The notes under the pieces were generated by a model, which did not search any database, had not been told where the DNA came from, and saw only the letters and a list, made by a program, of their open reading frames with translations. Below are positions 10,856 through 23,400 of a stretch of 64,000 nucleotides of DNA, piece after piece; position 1 is the first letter of the stretch; every line of letters begins with the position of its first letter. This stretch comes from Tubulanus polymorphus. Its lineage: Eukaryota; Animalia; Nemertea. The stretch covers positions 1,922,001 through 1,986,000 of the forward strand of contig NC_134025.1 in the NCBI RefSeq assembly GCF_964204645.1. Direction: 5' to 3'. The position numbers and the translations under genes were made by a program.

Positions 10856-11474
10856 AAAGGCACCTCATGTTTTAATATTTACCATTTACCCAGCGCCAGA
10901 CTCGGTGCTGCCAGAACCCCATCTAAAAGTACTAGCTTTATTCTTTTTTCAGATACTAGAGCCTACTCCAGACTTGAGTCAATGAACCGAAACCAGTAAA
11001 ACTGGTATTTTTATAAATATAATTTTAAATCACGCTAAACTACTTCTTAAGATCCAGAGTCAATGAAACCAAAAGAAGTGAACTTCAGGGGTCTAACGAT
11101 TCGACCTGTCTATTGGCTCCCGCGTGCGCAGACATGACCAAAATACTGAGTCGCCTACACGCTTGAGTCCTATTGAAATTACAGTGCCGACTCGACCGAC
11201 AATCGGAATAATTTTATATTTATTTATAAAGTGCATTTCTATAAAACATAATCATTGCACTTAAATATATCTAAATACATCTAACCATAAGACTTTTTTT
11301 TACATTTATGTAATCATATCTCCATATTTTATTGACTCAACCATCGGAACGCTGCTACCGGCGCCAACCCGTTAGCATGGCCGCGTTTGATAGGTTGGAT
11401 ATTCTCGGAACCTCCCTTTCTCTATTTCTAACGCAAATAATTACAGCCACGACGTAACATCTTTCTGAATTAAG

Positions 11475-14400
11475 ATGGCTGATATAAAAGAGTCTGCTTC
11501 AGACGCTGATGCGCTGAATATCGGTGTATCTACCACTGATATAGACGACATTTTAGGCATTGATGAAGTAATTCTATGGTTTTGTGAATATATTTTTTCC
11601 AGTGTATACCAGAAACCCTTGATAACCCACCCTTACTCGTGGAAGACCTTGGCTTGTACAATGTACTAAAAGTAAAAGTAAAACTAAAAAAAGAGCGTCC
11701 CTCCCTTCCCTTTTTTGGCCTTTGCTTTGCCTTTGGTTTGCTTTTAGTTGCTCATAGGCGTCCCCAGGAATTTTCATAGGGGGTTTGATTGAGCATCAAT
11801 CCAGCATCCATGCACAATGTCGAGTGTTTGGTGGGCCTCCCCCAAAAAACCTCTTGAACATTTGAGGCTTTAGAGACGTTTTCCAGGCTCTAAATGGATC
11901 ATTTAGAGTTAAAAGACTAGTCAAATTGGCAAGAAAGATCTTGAACATTGATTACATAGTATCTTGAGAAGTTAGCAAAGAAGGGGGTGGGTCCACTACC
12001 CCCGCACCCCCCTTGGGGACGCCTATGTTGCTAGCCTACCTACCCAGACCCCGGCCTTCCCTTCTCCTTACTTTTTGTCGAAAATGAATATTTTGAGTTG
12101 ACTGTTGAGTATTTCTGTTACAGTCACAATTTGAGACTGCAGTCTCTGTATGTCACTCCTCAGCTGCTCCTCAGCCCCATTCCTTCCGCTCTCTGGAATG
12201 GATGGACCCACCCTCTGCCCTGGTCTGAAATGTGAAACGAAAACCAATGTGGCTTCATCATGCTCCCTTGAACAAAAATTTAGCGTTAGGCCTTAATGAT
12301 GATTTTATTTTCGTTTCGAATTGTTAGTTTCGTATTTTCAATTTAGTTGGAATTAGATGATGAAGAATTCGATCTACCGACTGTTGGAACTCCTCCAACT
12401 TTAGAAAGTATTCTAAATGAGGTCAGTTTATATTCAACAACAATAAATACAGATAATCGGAGGAGTTGGATATTCTGTAAACTCTGATGATATATTTTAT
12501 TTTGTAGCCGGATAATGATTTGCTGAGCGACGATGAACTATCAGCGATTCCAGCTCAAGTATTCCAGGAGGACGACGCGTCTTCGATGTCCAGTCAAGAA
12601 GGAATTCTGTCTGATAAACCGAAGAAGGGGTAAAATACGAACGCTCGAATGAAAACTAAAAGGCAGTTATTTTACCGGATCCGGTCACCGACTTCTGAAC
12701 GCTATTATGCCCCATATCGTCTCTAATTGGCTGATTTACTCCGTGCATGCGCAGAGTTTGAGAAAATAGAGCGGATCGAGCGAGACTCGAACCCGGGACA
12801 GTAAATTTAGCGCAGCATCATACCACTAGACCACCGAGCTCGCTGACAGTCGGTCGAATGTTTTAACTACATATAGCCTCACCTTACCCTAACCCTATCC
12901 CTAGTTGTGAAACGGAACCCTCTGGACCCTCTTGACACTAACCCTATCGAAACCCTAACCCCAATAAAATGATCTTATAGTTACTTAATATATGGATCCT
13001 GCAAAATAGCGTTCAGAAGTCCGCGACCAGATCTGGCTAAATAATCACTTGCCAACTAAAAATTCATTTTAATTTTCGATGATTTTACAGCGAATCTGTC
13101 TTGATTCATTTTTTTAGGAGTAAAAACGCGGCTAAATACGAGAAACATGGATCAATAGTTCGTCACGTTTCACTGAAGGGGATTTCAAGACAACTCATGT
13201 CAGCCGCAGTATGTATAAATATCACAAGCACTACGTCTCATATTCAATAGATATTCACTTGTATCGTCGATTGTGTTATTATATTCTAGGATCGCGTCGA
13301 TGCTGGTATGCCTACTACTATGGTAAGTGATCAGGCTCCGATGCACGGGTCAGGGATGCTACTGCTTCCCTCTAAATTCTGCTTAGATTTTCCATCTCTC
13401 TTTATTCACGGTTTCTCATGAAAACCTGTTTTATTTGTAGGCCGTTTCCACATTGATCGCTATCGGCACTTCGCATGGATTAGTCTTAGTATTTGGTGAG
13501 TATATCCTCTATTATTTGTCTATAGTTTATTAGAATATGAATGATTATTTTACTGTTAATTGCGTCGTTCTCTGATGTTAGATCCTAAGCAGGCGTTAAA
13601 GTGGTGTTTAGGAAGTACTGCCGTAGGTGCTCAGTATGGTTCCGTATCTGCTCTTAGTTTCAATAAGGACTGCACGCGGTTACTGTGTGGATTTGCTCGA
13701 GGACAGGTGATGATGATGATGATGATAATGAGGATGATAGTTTACTGGGCGGTGTTATTATTATGTTTTTTAAACGTTTGTTATCGTTTATTTTAGATAA
13801 CGATGTGGGATATTACGAATGGAAAACTTCTGAGAACAATAACAGACGCTCATCCTCCCGGAACAGCCGTATTACACATCAAAGTGAGTTTTGAATAGCG
13901 TCGATTGATTTCTGATTTCATCCCATTTTTAGATCTGTCAGTGAATTGAATTCATTTTATATTTTTGATTAGTTTACGGATGATTTAACAATAGCTACGT
14001 GTAATGATAGCGGTGGTTCTGTGTTCGAATTAGAGTTCAAGTAAGTGATTTTTCTATACAGTATGCTGTACTAGTCTTCGATTATCAGATGCCCCGCATG
14101 ACGAACTGACCTGGAAATCCCGGAATACTCGGGAATCAGAAAAATCGGGGAAAACTCATGGAATTTGACAAATCTTACCAAAAACCTGGAAAACTCACGG
14201 AATCAGAAAAATCGAGTTAAGATCAGGAAAACCTGGAAAACTCAGGGAATTGGAATAATGCTTCTTTTAAAATATGTGATTCAAAGAAAAATTGAATGAA
14301 TTGTAATATTCTAAACCTAATCTCGGGGAATTTTGTGTTTCAATCACATGGGAAAAACTCAGGGAAAAAAAGTGGCCACCCTGTCACCCATCGTCACTGC

Positions 14401-17400
14401 AACTGCCCCAGAATTCAAGCTTTTCCTCAAAGAAGATTTATTGATGAGATGCAGTCTATCGTATTTATGTTTATGTCTGATTGATTGTAGGCGTTTAATC
14501 GGCGTTCGAACCTGTGAATCTCGGTGTTTATTTTCGGGAAGTCGCGGTGAAGTTTGCGTCATTGAACCTCTACACATGAATTATCAGATTAAAGATCATC
14601 CGATGAAAGATGTTTTGGTTCTCGCGATGGGAACTTTATCGAAGGTTCTCGTCGTTACTTTGAGACCGAAACTGAAAGTCATGTTTATGCATCCATTAAA
14701 GGTAATATTGATTATAAATCGATGAAAGAATCCTGAAATTTTGAAATGATCATTCGGTAAAAACCCTTTCAATTGAATTGGAAGACAACGATCCTATGAA
14801 AATTGAATATTACAGAATTATTTATATTTCAGGGAGACCCTACAACATTGCCGATACTAGCGTGGCAGTTTGTTATTATACAAGTGTCTGATAGCGACCG
14901 GGTTATTGATCCTGTCCTAGCTTTCGGACGCGATCGTACGATCTATTTCTATCAAGTCGTTTGTAAATCCGCTGATGATATTACGTTCTGTTGTTTACAA
15001 AAGATGACTTTGAATTATACTCTATTAGCGATTGAGGTAAATTAACTCAATATTCTGATATCACCTACCGATATATCGTCATCTATTTTACTAATGTTGT
15101 TGTTTATTGATTGTGATTACAGTGGATGAACACAAAAACATTGATTACACTGGACACCTCAGAAAAATTACATATAATCGATGTGCGAACAGATGAGGAA
15201 CTTGCTGTAAGTATTTCTGACTGTTTCTTCAAGATTCACGCACTGTTTTCATGTATGTAATGTTTTGCTATGAAATATCTGTAGGAAATTGATGTCAGTT
15301 ATGTACAACTCGGTTATGCGTCGAGTATATTCAAGTCACTTGCCACAGGTGGAAACGTCAGTAAAGCTCTGGTAAGTGATTTTGATCCTCATGTCATAAG
15401 GTAAGATAAAAAACTGTTTGAATCTACTGAATATAATGCGATATTTTCAGGCATTAGCCGGTGAAAGAGCGTGCTATAATTCAGTTGTATGTAATGAAGG
15501 TCAGTTTTTATTACTGGGTGTGAAATCAGTTCATGTGATGACATTAAGAACGTGGGAAGAGGTTTGTATCTTATAACGGGCTCCTGAGTTCGCGTGCTAT
15601 ATACGAGCACGATTCACTGAGTTGATGCTGTTTTTTTATTCTAACAGAGAATCGATGTACTCGTTAAAGCTGACCGGTATCAGGATGCCTTACAGCTCGC
15701 TTACTCGTTTTACGACGGTAGCGCTAAAGCTGTTATTGGTTTACTCGGAGGACGAACGAAACGAAGAAGTACCGTGTCTGCCAAGGTAACGAACGGATGT
15801 ACCGAGAGAATCCGAGAATAGAAATTTATTTACCCGGTAGTTTGGATTCAGGAAGAAGAATTGGATGTAACAAGATAACGGGGCTACACTTATCATACAT
15901 GAAGTTTAGCTTCGTCATTATAAATGTCATCTATAATTATTGATGTGATGTATGTTTTATCATAAATGCCTTAGATCATTACTCGAGCTTTGAATCGGTC
16001 AATATTTGTGTTTGAAAAATAAGATAAAATCCCGCTATTTACAGATTAAAAGAATTTAAAAACCAGAATTTATCTATTAAATCTAAAATATTTAAAAGAC
16101 ACGACGTTTCGATCTCACCCTAGAGATCATCGTCAGGATTTTATCTTATTATCCGTTCACCACGTTTGAGTGTGGTCATCGTTCTATTTGTGTTTGAAGT
16201 TTAGCTATTTCTAATAATGAATCACGTACATGAATATTGTTTGTATATTGTAGATGATGGACCTGCTGTATAACTATGTAGATTTATCAATGACCACAAA
16301 TTTACCGGAACGAGGAAAACTAGAAGAATTAGAGGAATATTATCAGAATGTTGTTCCAGTTTGCGTTGATTACTGTTTATCACTCGGTAAAATGTACGTA
16401 TCACTAACAACCCCTCACCTTTTTTCAATTTTCCCAAATGGAAATGAACACATATGGTTATGCAACAGTCAACATTTTAGCGGTGACTGGTTGATAAAGG
16501 TGATTTTCAAGGGAAATTGCTGAAGAAAGTTGCCTTTGGCAAATGCAATATGTGAAATGTAATGAATTTCCCAAGTATTTCCCTGATTTGAGGAAAATAT
16601 TTCAAATTCCCAAATATTTCCAAACTGGGAATTATTATTTCAAAATTCCCGAGTTTTTCCCAATTTCCCTGTTCTGTGTGAACCTTGTTTATCAGGCTCA
16701 TTTCATAAACTGGTTAAGTTTAGATTTTTGCAGACAGTTACAAACAGTTCAATGTTCTGACATAACTCTGGATTCTGACTCTACCTACGGTGATCATAAC
16801 TATGAGTTTCATCCTATATTCAACGTTAATTTAGATCTCTATTTTGTTGAAAAGTCAGGGAATTTTTTGTTTCTTGGTTTTCTAGCTGATAAAAAGTGGT
16901 ACAAGGAACCACTAAAAAAAAGGCCCACTCGGGATATCTTATAATTGGATCAGGGAATTTTTGGTCATTGGGCAAATATCAGAGAATTTTGGATTCTCTG
17001 ATGAGTAACAATGTGTATATTGTATTTGATAGGAGTGTATTGTTTGGTCGGATCTATGAACGGTTCAGTATGGATCAACTCGCTAAAGGTGTTTTCCTCG
17101 AATGTTTAGAACCGTTTATTCTAAACGATAAACTGATTTCAATCACTCCGTCGGTGATGAAGGATTTCATCAATCATTACGAAGCTAAAGGAATGTTACA
17201 GAACGTTGAAGCTTGTATCGTTCATCTGGATATTGCTAGTTTAGATATTCATCAGGTAACAAACATCTATCCATCTATTCTATAGAATACTTGATATACC
17301 ATAACTGTGTAAATCACTTCAAATTTTCATAGTTTCTCCTCAAAAACTCCTCAAATTCTCCGATGATGGAAAAGTATGAACAGTGTTAGGACGATAACCA

Positions 17401-20400
17401 CACTCAAACGTGGTGAACGGATAATAAGATAAAAACAAGAATTTATTTATTCAATCTAAAATATATAGAATACACGACGTTTCGATCTCAGAGATAATCG
17501 TCAGGTGATCAGAGATCACGAGAGAGATCGCAGGCGTTACAGATCATCGACACCTGACGATGATCTCTGATCTCTATATATTTTAGATTGAATAAATAAA
17601 TTCTTGTTTTTAAATTCTTTTCATCTGTAGATAGTGGGTTTTTATCTTATGAACAGTGTTGTTGTCTATTAATCAGTTGCTGAGATATGTCTAATGGCTG
17701 ATGTCTAATGGCTGATGTCTAATGGCTGATGTCTAATGGCTGATGTCTAATGTACATGTTTCTTCAGGTTGTTGTATTATGTTGGGGTCATGGATTATAC
17801 GACGCCATCATATACGTGTACAATAAAGGAATGCAGGATTACGTGACGGCGTTAGAAGAATTACTGCATATTCTGTGTAGAGCAGTAGTAACTGGAAAAC
17901 AGCTCACTGGTACGTAGAGAAATAAAAATGTTTTTTTTTTGCCGTACTATAAAAACTGATTTCTTATATTTGTAAATTATTTTCAGATGATCAAATTCGA
18001 CTAGGAAACAAACTATTAGTTTATATCAGGTATCTATTGTCACCATGTTTTACAGCTTTGTCATCTGGTGCGATATTACATAAAAACTGATTTTATTTCA
18101 CGATTGTCTTTTTGTTTACAGTTGTTGTTTGGCCGGAAGAGCGTACCCACTCGGTGATATTCCTGCTGAACTTGTTTCCAATGTAAAAGAAGATGTATTC
18201 CGCTCTATAACAGCTCTTCACACGAAGGAACCTGCGGCAGGTATCGATATTCGTACTTGTATTCGTCGTAGATATCACGTATTAATAGAATTCACTCGAT
18301 ACCGATTCAGTTCATTGTATTTTCAGATGAAGAAATTTATCCATATTTACGAACTTTATTGAGATTCGATACTCGTGAGTTTCTCAATGTACTGGCGTTA
18401 GCATTCGAGGAACCTGAGTTTAATTCCGAAGATGGGTAAATATATAGATCGATTAGAATTATGTTATTTACCTCGTTATAACTACTATCTTCATTTTAGA
18501 ATGAAACTTGCTTAAGTCGTCATAATTGTGATGATCATTACGTTGACTTGTGGAAATGAAAACATAGTGAATCGATTTGGAAATACAAGTTGGGACTTGA
18601 ATATAGTGACGACTTAAGTGATGTGATGAATTAACTGACTGTACATGTACATTGTTATTGAAGGATCCGACAGCGTCAAAGAGTTGTAGATATTCTACTG
18701 CAGGTTATGGTAGAAAGTGTTGGATTTTCGGTAAGTCAATTCTCAAGAGTTGAATGTTGTTTTATACGTGAACCGGTAAGAACTGATTTGATATTCGGAA
18801 TATTTTCAGCCGACTCAAGTTGGAATATTGTTTACATTCCTCGCGCGTCAAATGGCTCGACACGAGAACACAATCCACGTGAACAGAGTCTTGTTTGAAC
18901 AGGTAATAAACTGAATTATATGAAGTTTTTTGGGCCCAGTGTCACGAAAAAGTGTAAGCCTAACACGGTTAAGTTTGAATTGTTGTCCTGAAGTAACCGA
19001 TAGCGATTACACCAAAAATTTGAGTGAAACTGGGCCCAGGTGATATTTTCGACTGCTTTGATGACGTATTTTCTTCGTTTTTGTAGGTGCTTGAATTTCT
19101 GTCTAATCCTGATGACGAATCTCGACATGAAGAAAGACAACAAGCGTTGATGGAATTGTTAAACGTTGGTCAGATTCAGTTTGATGAAGATCGTTTACTA
19201 TTACTCGCGGAAAAAGCTCAATTGTAAGCAAGTAAATCGCTTGGAAATTCGCTTGGACTCATGCATCAGATTTTAATCGTTAAATTATTAAAACGTTGTT
19301 TATTTTTGTAACTATTAGTTATCGTGTTTGTGAACATTTGTACGAGAAAAGAAGACAATTTGATAAAATTCTCGCATGTTATTGGAGCGATGCATCACGG
19401 AAGGTTTGTTTGATAATGAATGAATGGTTTTATCATCAGTTTGATACTGATATCAGGTTCAGTTCGATACTGGTATCAGTTACTAATTTCTGTATTGTTT
19501 CCAGCATCAAGCATTCGCGTACATTGAAAAGATTATAATAAGTCGTAATTTCACCGAAGATGAGAAAAATGACGTAAAGAAAGAAGCATTGAAACATCTG
19601 CCTGTAAGTTAATTACTTGATTCTAATGTTGTTATAGTATTTCACATATTTTGGTTAATACAGTCCAACTTGCTTAAGCCGTTATTGCATCACGGAAGTG
19701 TCACTATTTGTTAGTCCTAATTTGTATATCCAATTAGATGTACTAAATTTAAGTCCTCATTTGGATTAAATTTGTCATCATGCTGAACGTCCCAACTATG
19801 ACAGCTTAAGCAAGTTCCACTGTGTTTCACTCTACAATTAAAACTGGAGTCAAAATCAGTGAACTATGAACTGTATTTTGATTTTTCTTGTATATTTGAT
19901 ATAGGAATTGATTCAAATCGACAGCAAGAAGGCGGCTGAATTAACTATTATCGGATTCGCTAATGCACTCAGCGATATCATTAAGAAACTATCCGACGAT
20001 TCAAAGATGCTTTATGAGTTTCTGAAAGGAGTTTTTGAATATAAGTCAGTCATTGAAAATTTACAGTTATTTGTAATCGTGAATGTGTTATAATTAAAGC
20101 TGTTTTTCTGTTTTATTTGTTTTAGAGAAGCGAATGAAAGCGCTATTTATTCCGATCGTCAGATCATCGTTGAACCAGGGATTCATGAGTTTTATATCGG
20201 TTTAATGTGTCAACACGAACCAAATACTGTTTATAATTACATCATGCGTGCAGATAATTACAGAATAGATGAAACACTGGCTGTAAGTTTAAACTGAACT
20301 ATTGGTTATAATAAACTGTAGTAAACCAGAAGCCAGTTGCGTAGTCATGGCTTAGATTTAAGACCAGTCTATGACCAACTTAGGTCGATAGCGGAGCTAA

Positions 20401-23400
20401 CAACTTAACATCAGTCGTAAAGTTTGAGGTCGCTTTTTAAGACCACTATTTGACTTATTGTTTTAATCACATTTTGACCGAGAACTATTGAACTGGGTCC
20501 TGATCTCATACAATACATATCTATAATTATAGATTTGTCAGAAGTATCAACTGTCTGAACCGACTGCTTTCCTCTTAGAGAAATCTGGTAAAATTCAACC
20601 AGCATTTGACATCATGTTGCAGGTAATTTGATTTAATTTCCTCTGAAGTTCGTATTTATGAATCGTGAAGCTTTATTCTCCTTCTCAATCATCTGGAATA
20701 TTGTAGACTGTACACAGTAAAATACAAGAGCTTACAGATATCTTACAAGTTACGAAACAACAGTTAAACCAGGAACAAAGTAAGTACAGCGTCTATCCTC
20801 GTACCTGTAGACCTGGCTCATACTATAAACTAACAGCAACTAGATCTAAAATGAAAACAAATCTTACTTTTTTCTCAGTTTTCAAAGTTAAGAAATGTAA
20901 GTCATTTCTCAGTATATATATGTAGATTGTTATTTCGCTACTGCTTTTTGCTGCATTCTAGACTCTTGGATCCCGTGATGGTTTTCTGTTTTTATTTCTA
21001 CTCCCGTTTTATGAATTACGTGGATTCATTTTTATCGCTGTTGTTGTGAATACGAGCATGTATTTTCAATTAATCGTATTCATTTGTAGCGTATTTCAAA
21101 GCGTGTAACTTTTGTTTTGAATTATTCGTCGTTGCTACAATATTCAGTATATATTGTGCGTGATATATTTCAGCTATTGCCGGGTGCATGAAAAAGATTG
21201 AAATTGCCCTTTTCAATATCATCCATTTGAGTCAAAGAAGTTCACCTAGACTAGATGAGAGCGGTAGAGAGGTAGGGATTTACATACTCGCTTTCATTTC
21301 ATCTAGCTCCTCTTTGTACTGTATGGATTAGGCTAAACAAAAACGATACCTTGTTTCTCCGCAGCGGCCGGGTCATTTTTGTAAAATATGATAAAATTTA
21401 TAAACAGTTCATTTCTATAGCGGCCGGGTCTGTTACGGTAAAATTGATCACGATTTTTAAAAAAGTAATGTATAGGGTAGATAGGCGGCCGGCCGGGTCA
21501 ACATTTAAGCTCAGCAGAGCGGAGAAACAAGGTATCAATTTTTTTTAGCCTTATATATGTATATATTTCAGGCATTGTGGTTCCCATTGCTGGATTTAAT
21601 GATGACTTCTCAAAGGAAACTGAAGGAAGAAATTAGTAAACAATTCTGGGAAGGTAAATGAAATACTTGCGCATACTGTATAGCTTGATCCATTCTAAAT
21701 TGGAACGGACTAAATATTGAATATTCTAAATAATATAATGTAAACATAGCTTATGCTAAAGAAATGATACCTTGTTTCTCCTAATCAGGTCATTTTGTGA
21801 ACTGCAATAAAATTTGTAGTTTTAGTTCATTTGTATAACTGCTGAGTCTGTTATTGTTAGCTTAATCATCATTTATGAGAAAGATATGTAGGCCTACATG
21901 GTAGATTGGCGGCTGGCCGGGTCAACTTTTAAGCTCGGCAGATATGAGAAACAAAGTAAAAATTTTTAGCCTGACATTATCTTTTTCTTTAACTTGTTAT
22001 AATTGTAGATTTTAAAGGTTTAACGGGGCAGGTTCTCAATAGTATGATGGGATTCATAGCTTTACCTGCGATACTACAAAAAATCATTCAGGATCCGACG
22101 TATAGTTCCGGAAAATTCGGTGATATTCGAGAACTCATTCTCGGAATGCTCGATACTTATAACTATGAAAAAGTGAGTGCTTCGTCGAGCATTTTCTCGT
22201 ATATTCGGAATATTTCACGCAGATTTTCGTTGATATCTACTTAATTTCAGACGTTATTGAATACATGTAATAATCTGTTAAACTACGATCTACATCTTCA
22301 ACTGGCCAGTTTACATCGAGCTGCTAACAGAGGTTTCGTTCCGCGCGGTGAATTCTGCAGTCTTTGCGGTAAAACGTTCGGAATTGCGGTCAGTGCTGCA
22401 ACTATTATTGTATTCAGGTAATGAATCTGATTTATGAGTTTATGGTTTTGAGTGTTTACCTTTCGAGCGACGGAACGTAACTTCATACAGCAAGTTTTTC
22501 TAAGGGATAATGATGAAATTTTTACTAGAGGAAATTGCATTAAATTTTAGAAATTGCTGAGTATTATTTACTATGAAACTCGTTTTGCTAAAGGATCACC
22601 CCTCTTCCTAAATCCTCGGGGGAACTGACTTTGGATTCTGGAAAAAGTATTTACTTATGACTTACAGAAGTGCTTACCGGTATTAGTTTTGTGTCAGGCT
22701 TACTGCTGCGGATTCAACACGGGGATATTTTTCTATTTTCAGATGTGGACATAGTTATCATACTCAATGTCTTCACGGAACTGAATCGCGTCATGTTATA
22801 AATGGAGAAGAACATTGGGCGTGTTATTTATGCAGTAATACGAAGGAGGGCAGAGGTTTATTGGCTGGAACTCGATTACAATGGCACATGAAAAAACCAG
22901 AATCGCCAAAATTACTGAAAACGATGAAAAGGAATCAGGTGATTAGAATGATCTTAGAATTATTAATTTTTGTTACATCATCATTAGATAAAAGTGAAAT
23001 AAAATTGAAGAAAAACCCACAATATGAAGATAAACTAACACAGTATTTGACATTTTGACTCAATTCTGAGCCATTATCAAAACTGAAAAAAATGTTTTGA
23101 AAATTGCTCACAGAATTGACTCGAAATATCAAACGCTCTCTTAGTTTTTCCTACACATTGTGGGTTTGTCTTCAATTGAATTAGACGTTCACTTGTCTAT
23201 GGAAACCAAAAATGTATCTTTATCTAATTCTAGGCTGTAATGAATGAAGAACAGATTTTAGCTATAGAAAACCTACGTAAAACTCAGAAGACTCCATCAC
23301 GGGTAAATATTCTCTCGAAATATTCAAAATCACCGGTACAAAACATGTACAACATGTACTCATAGAATAGTTTGTATTTTCAGCTCGCTGTTCTGGATCA

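Noticed and set aside
20283-21571. Apparent gap in VPS8 coding sequence in the ORF track
   Set aside because: Three short exons (20533, 20707, 21174) fill it in frame; the gene is intact.
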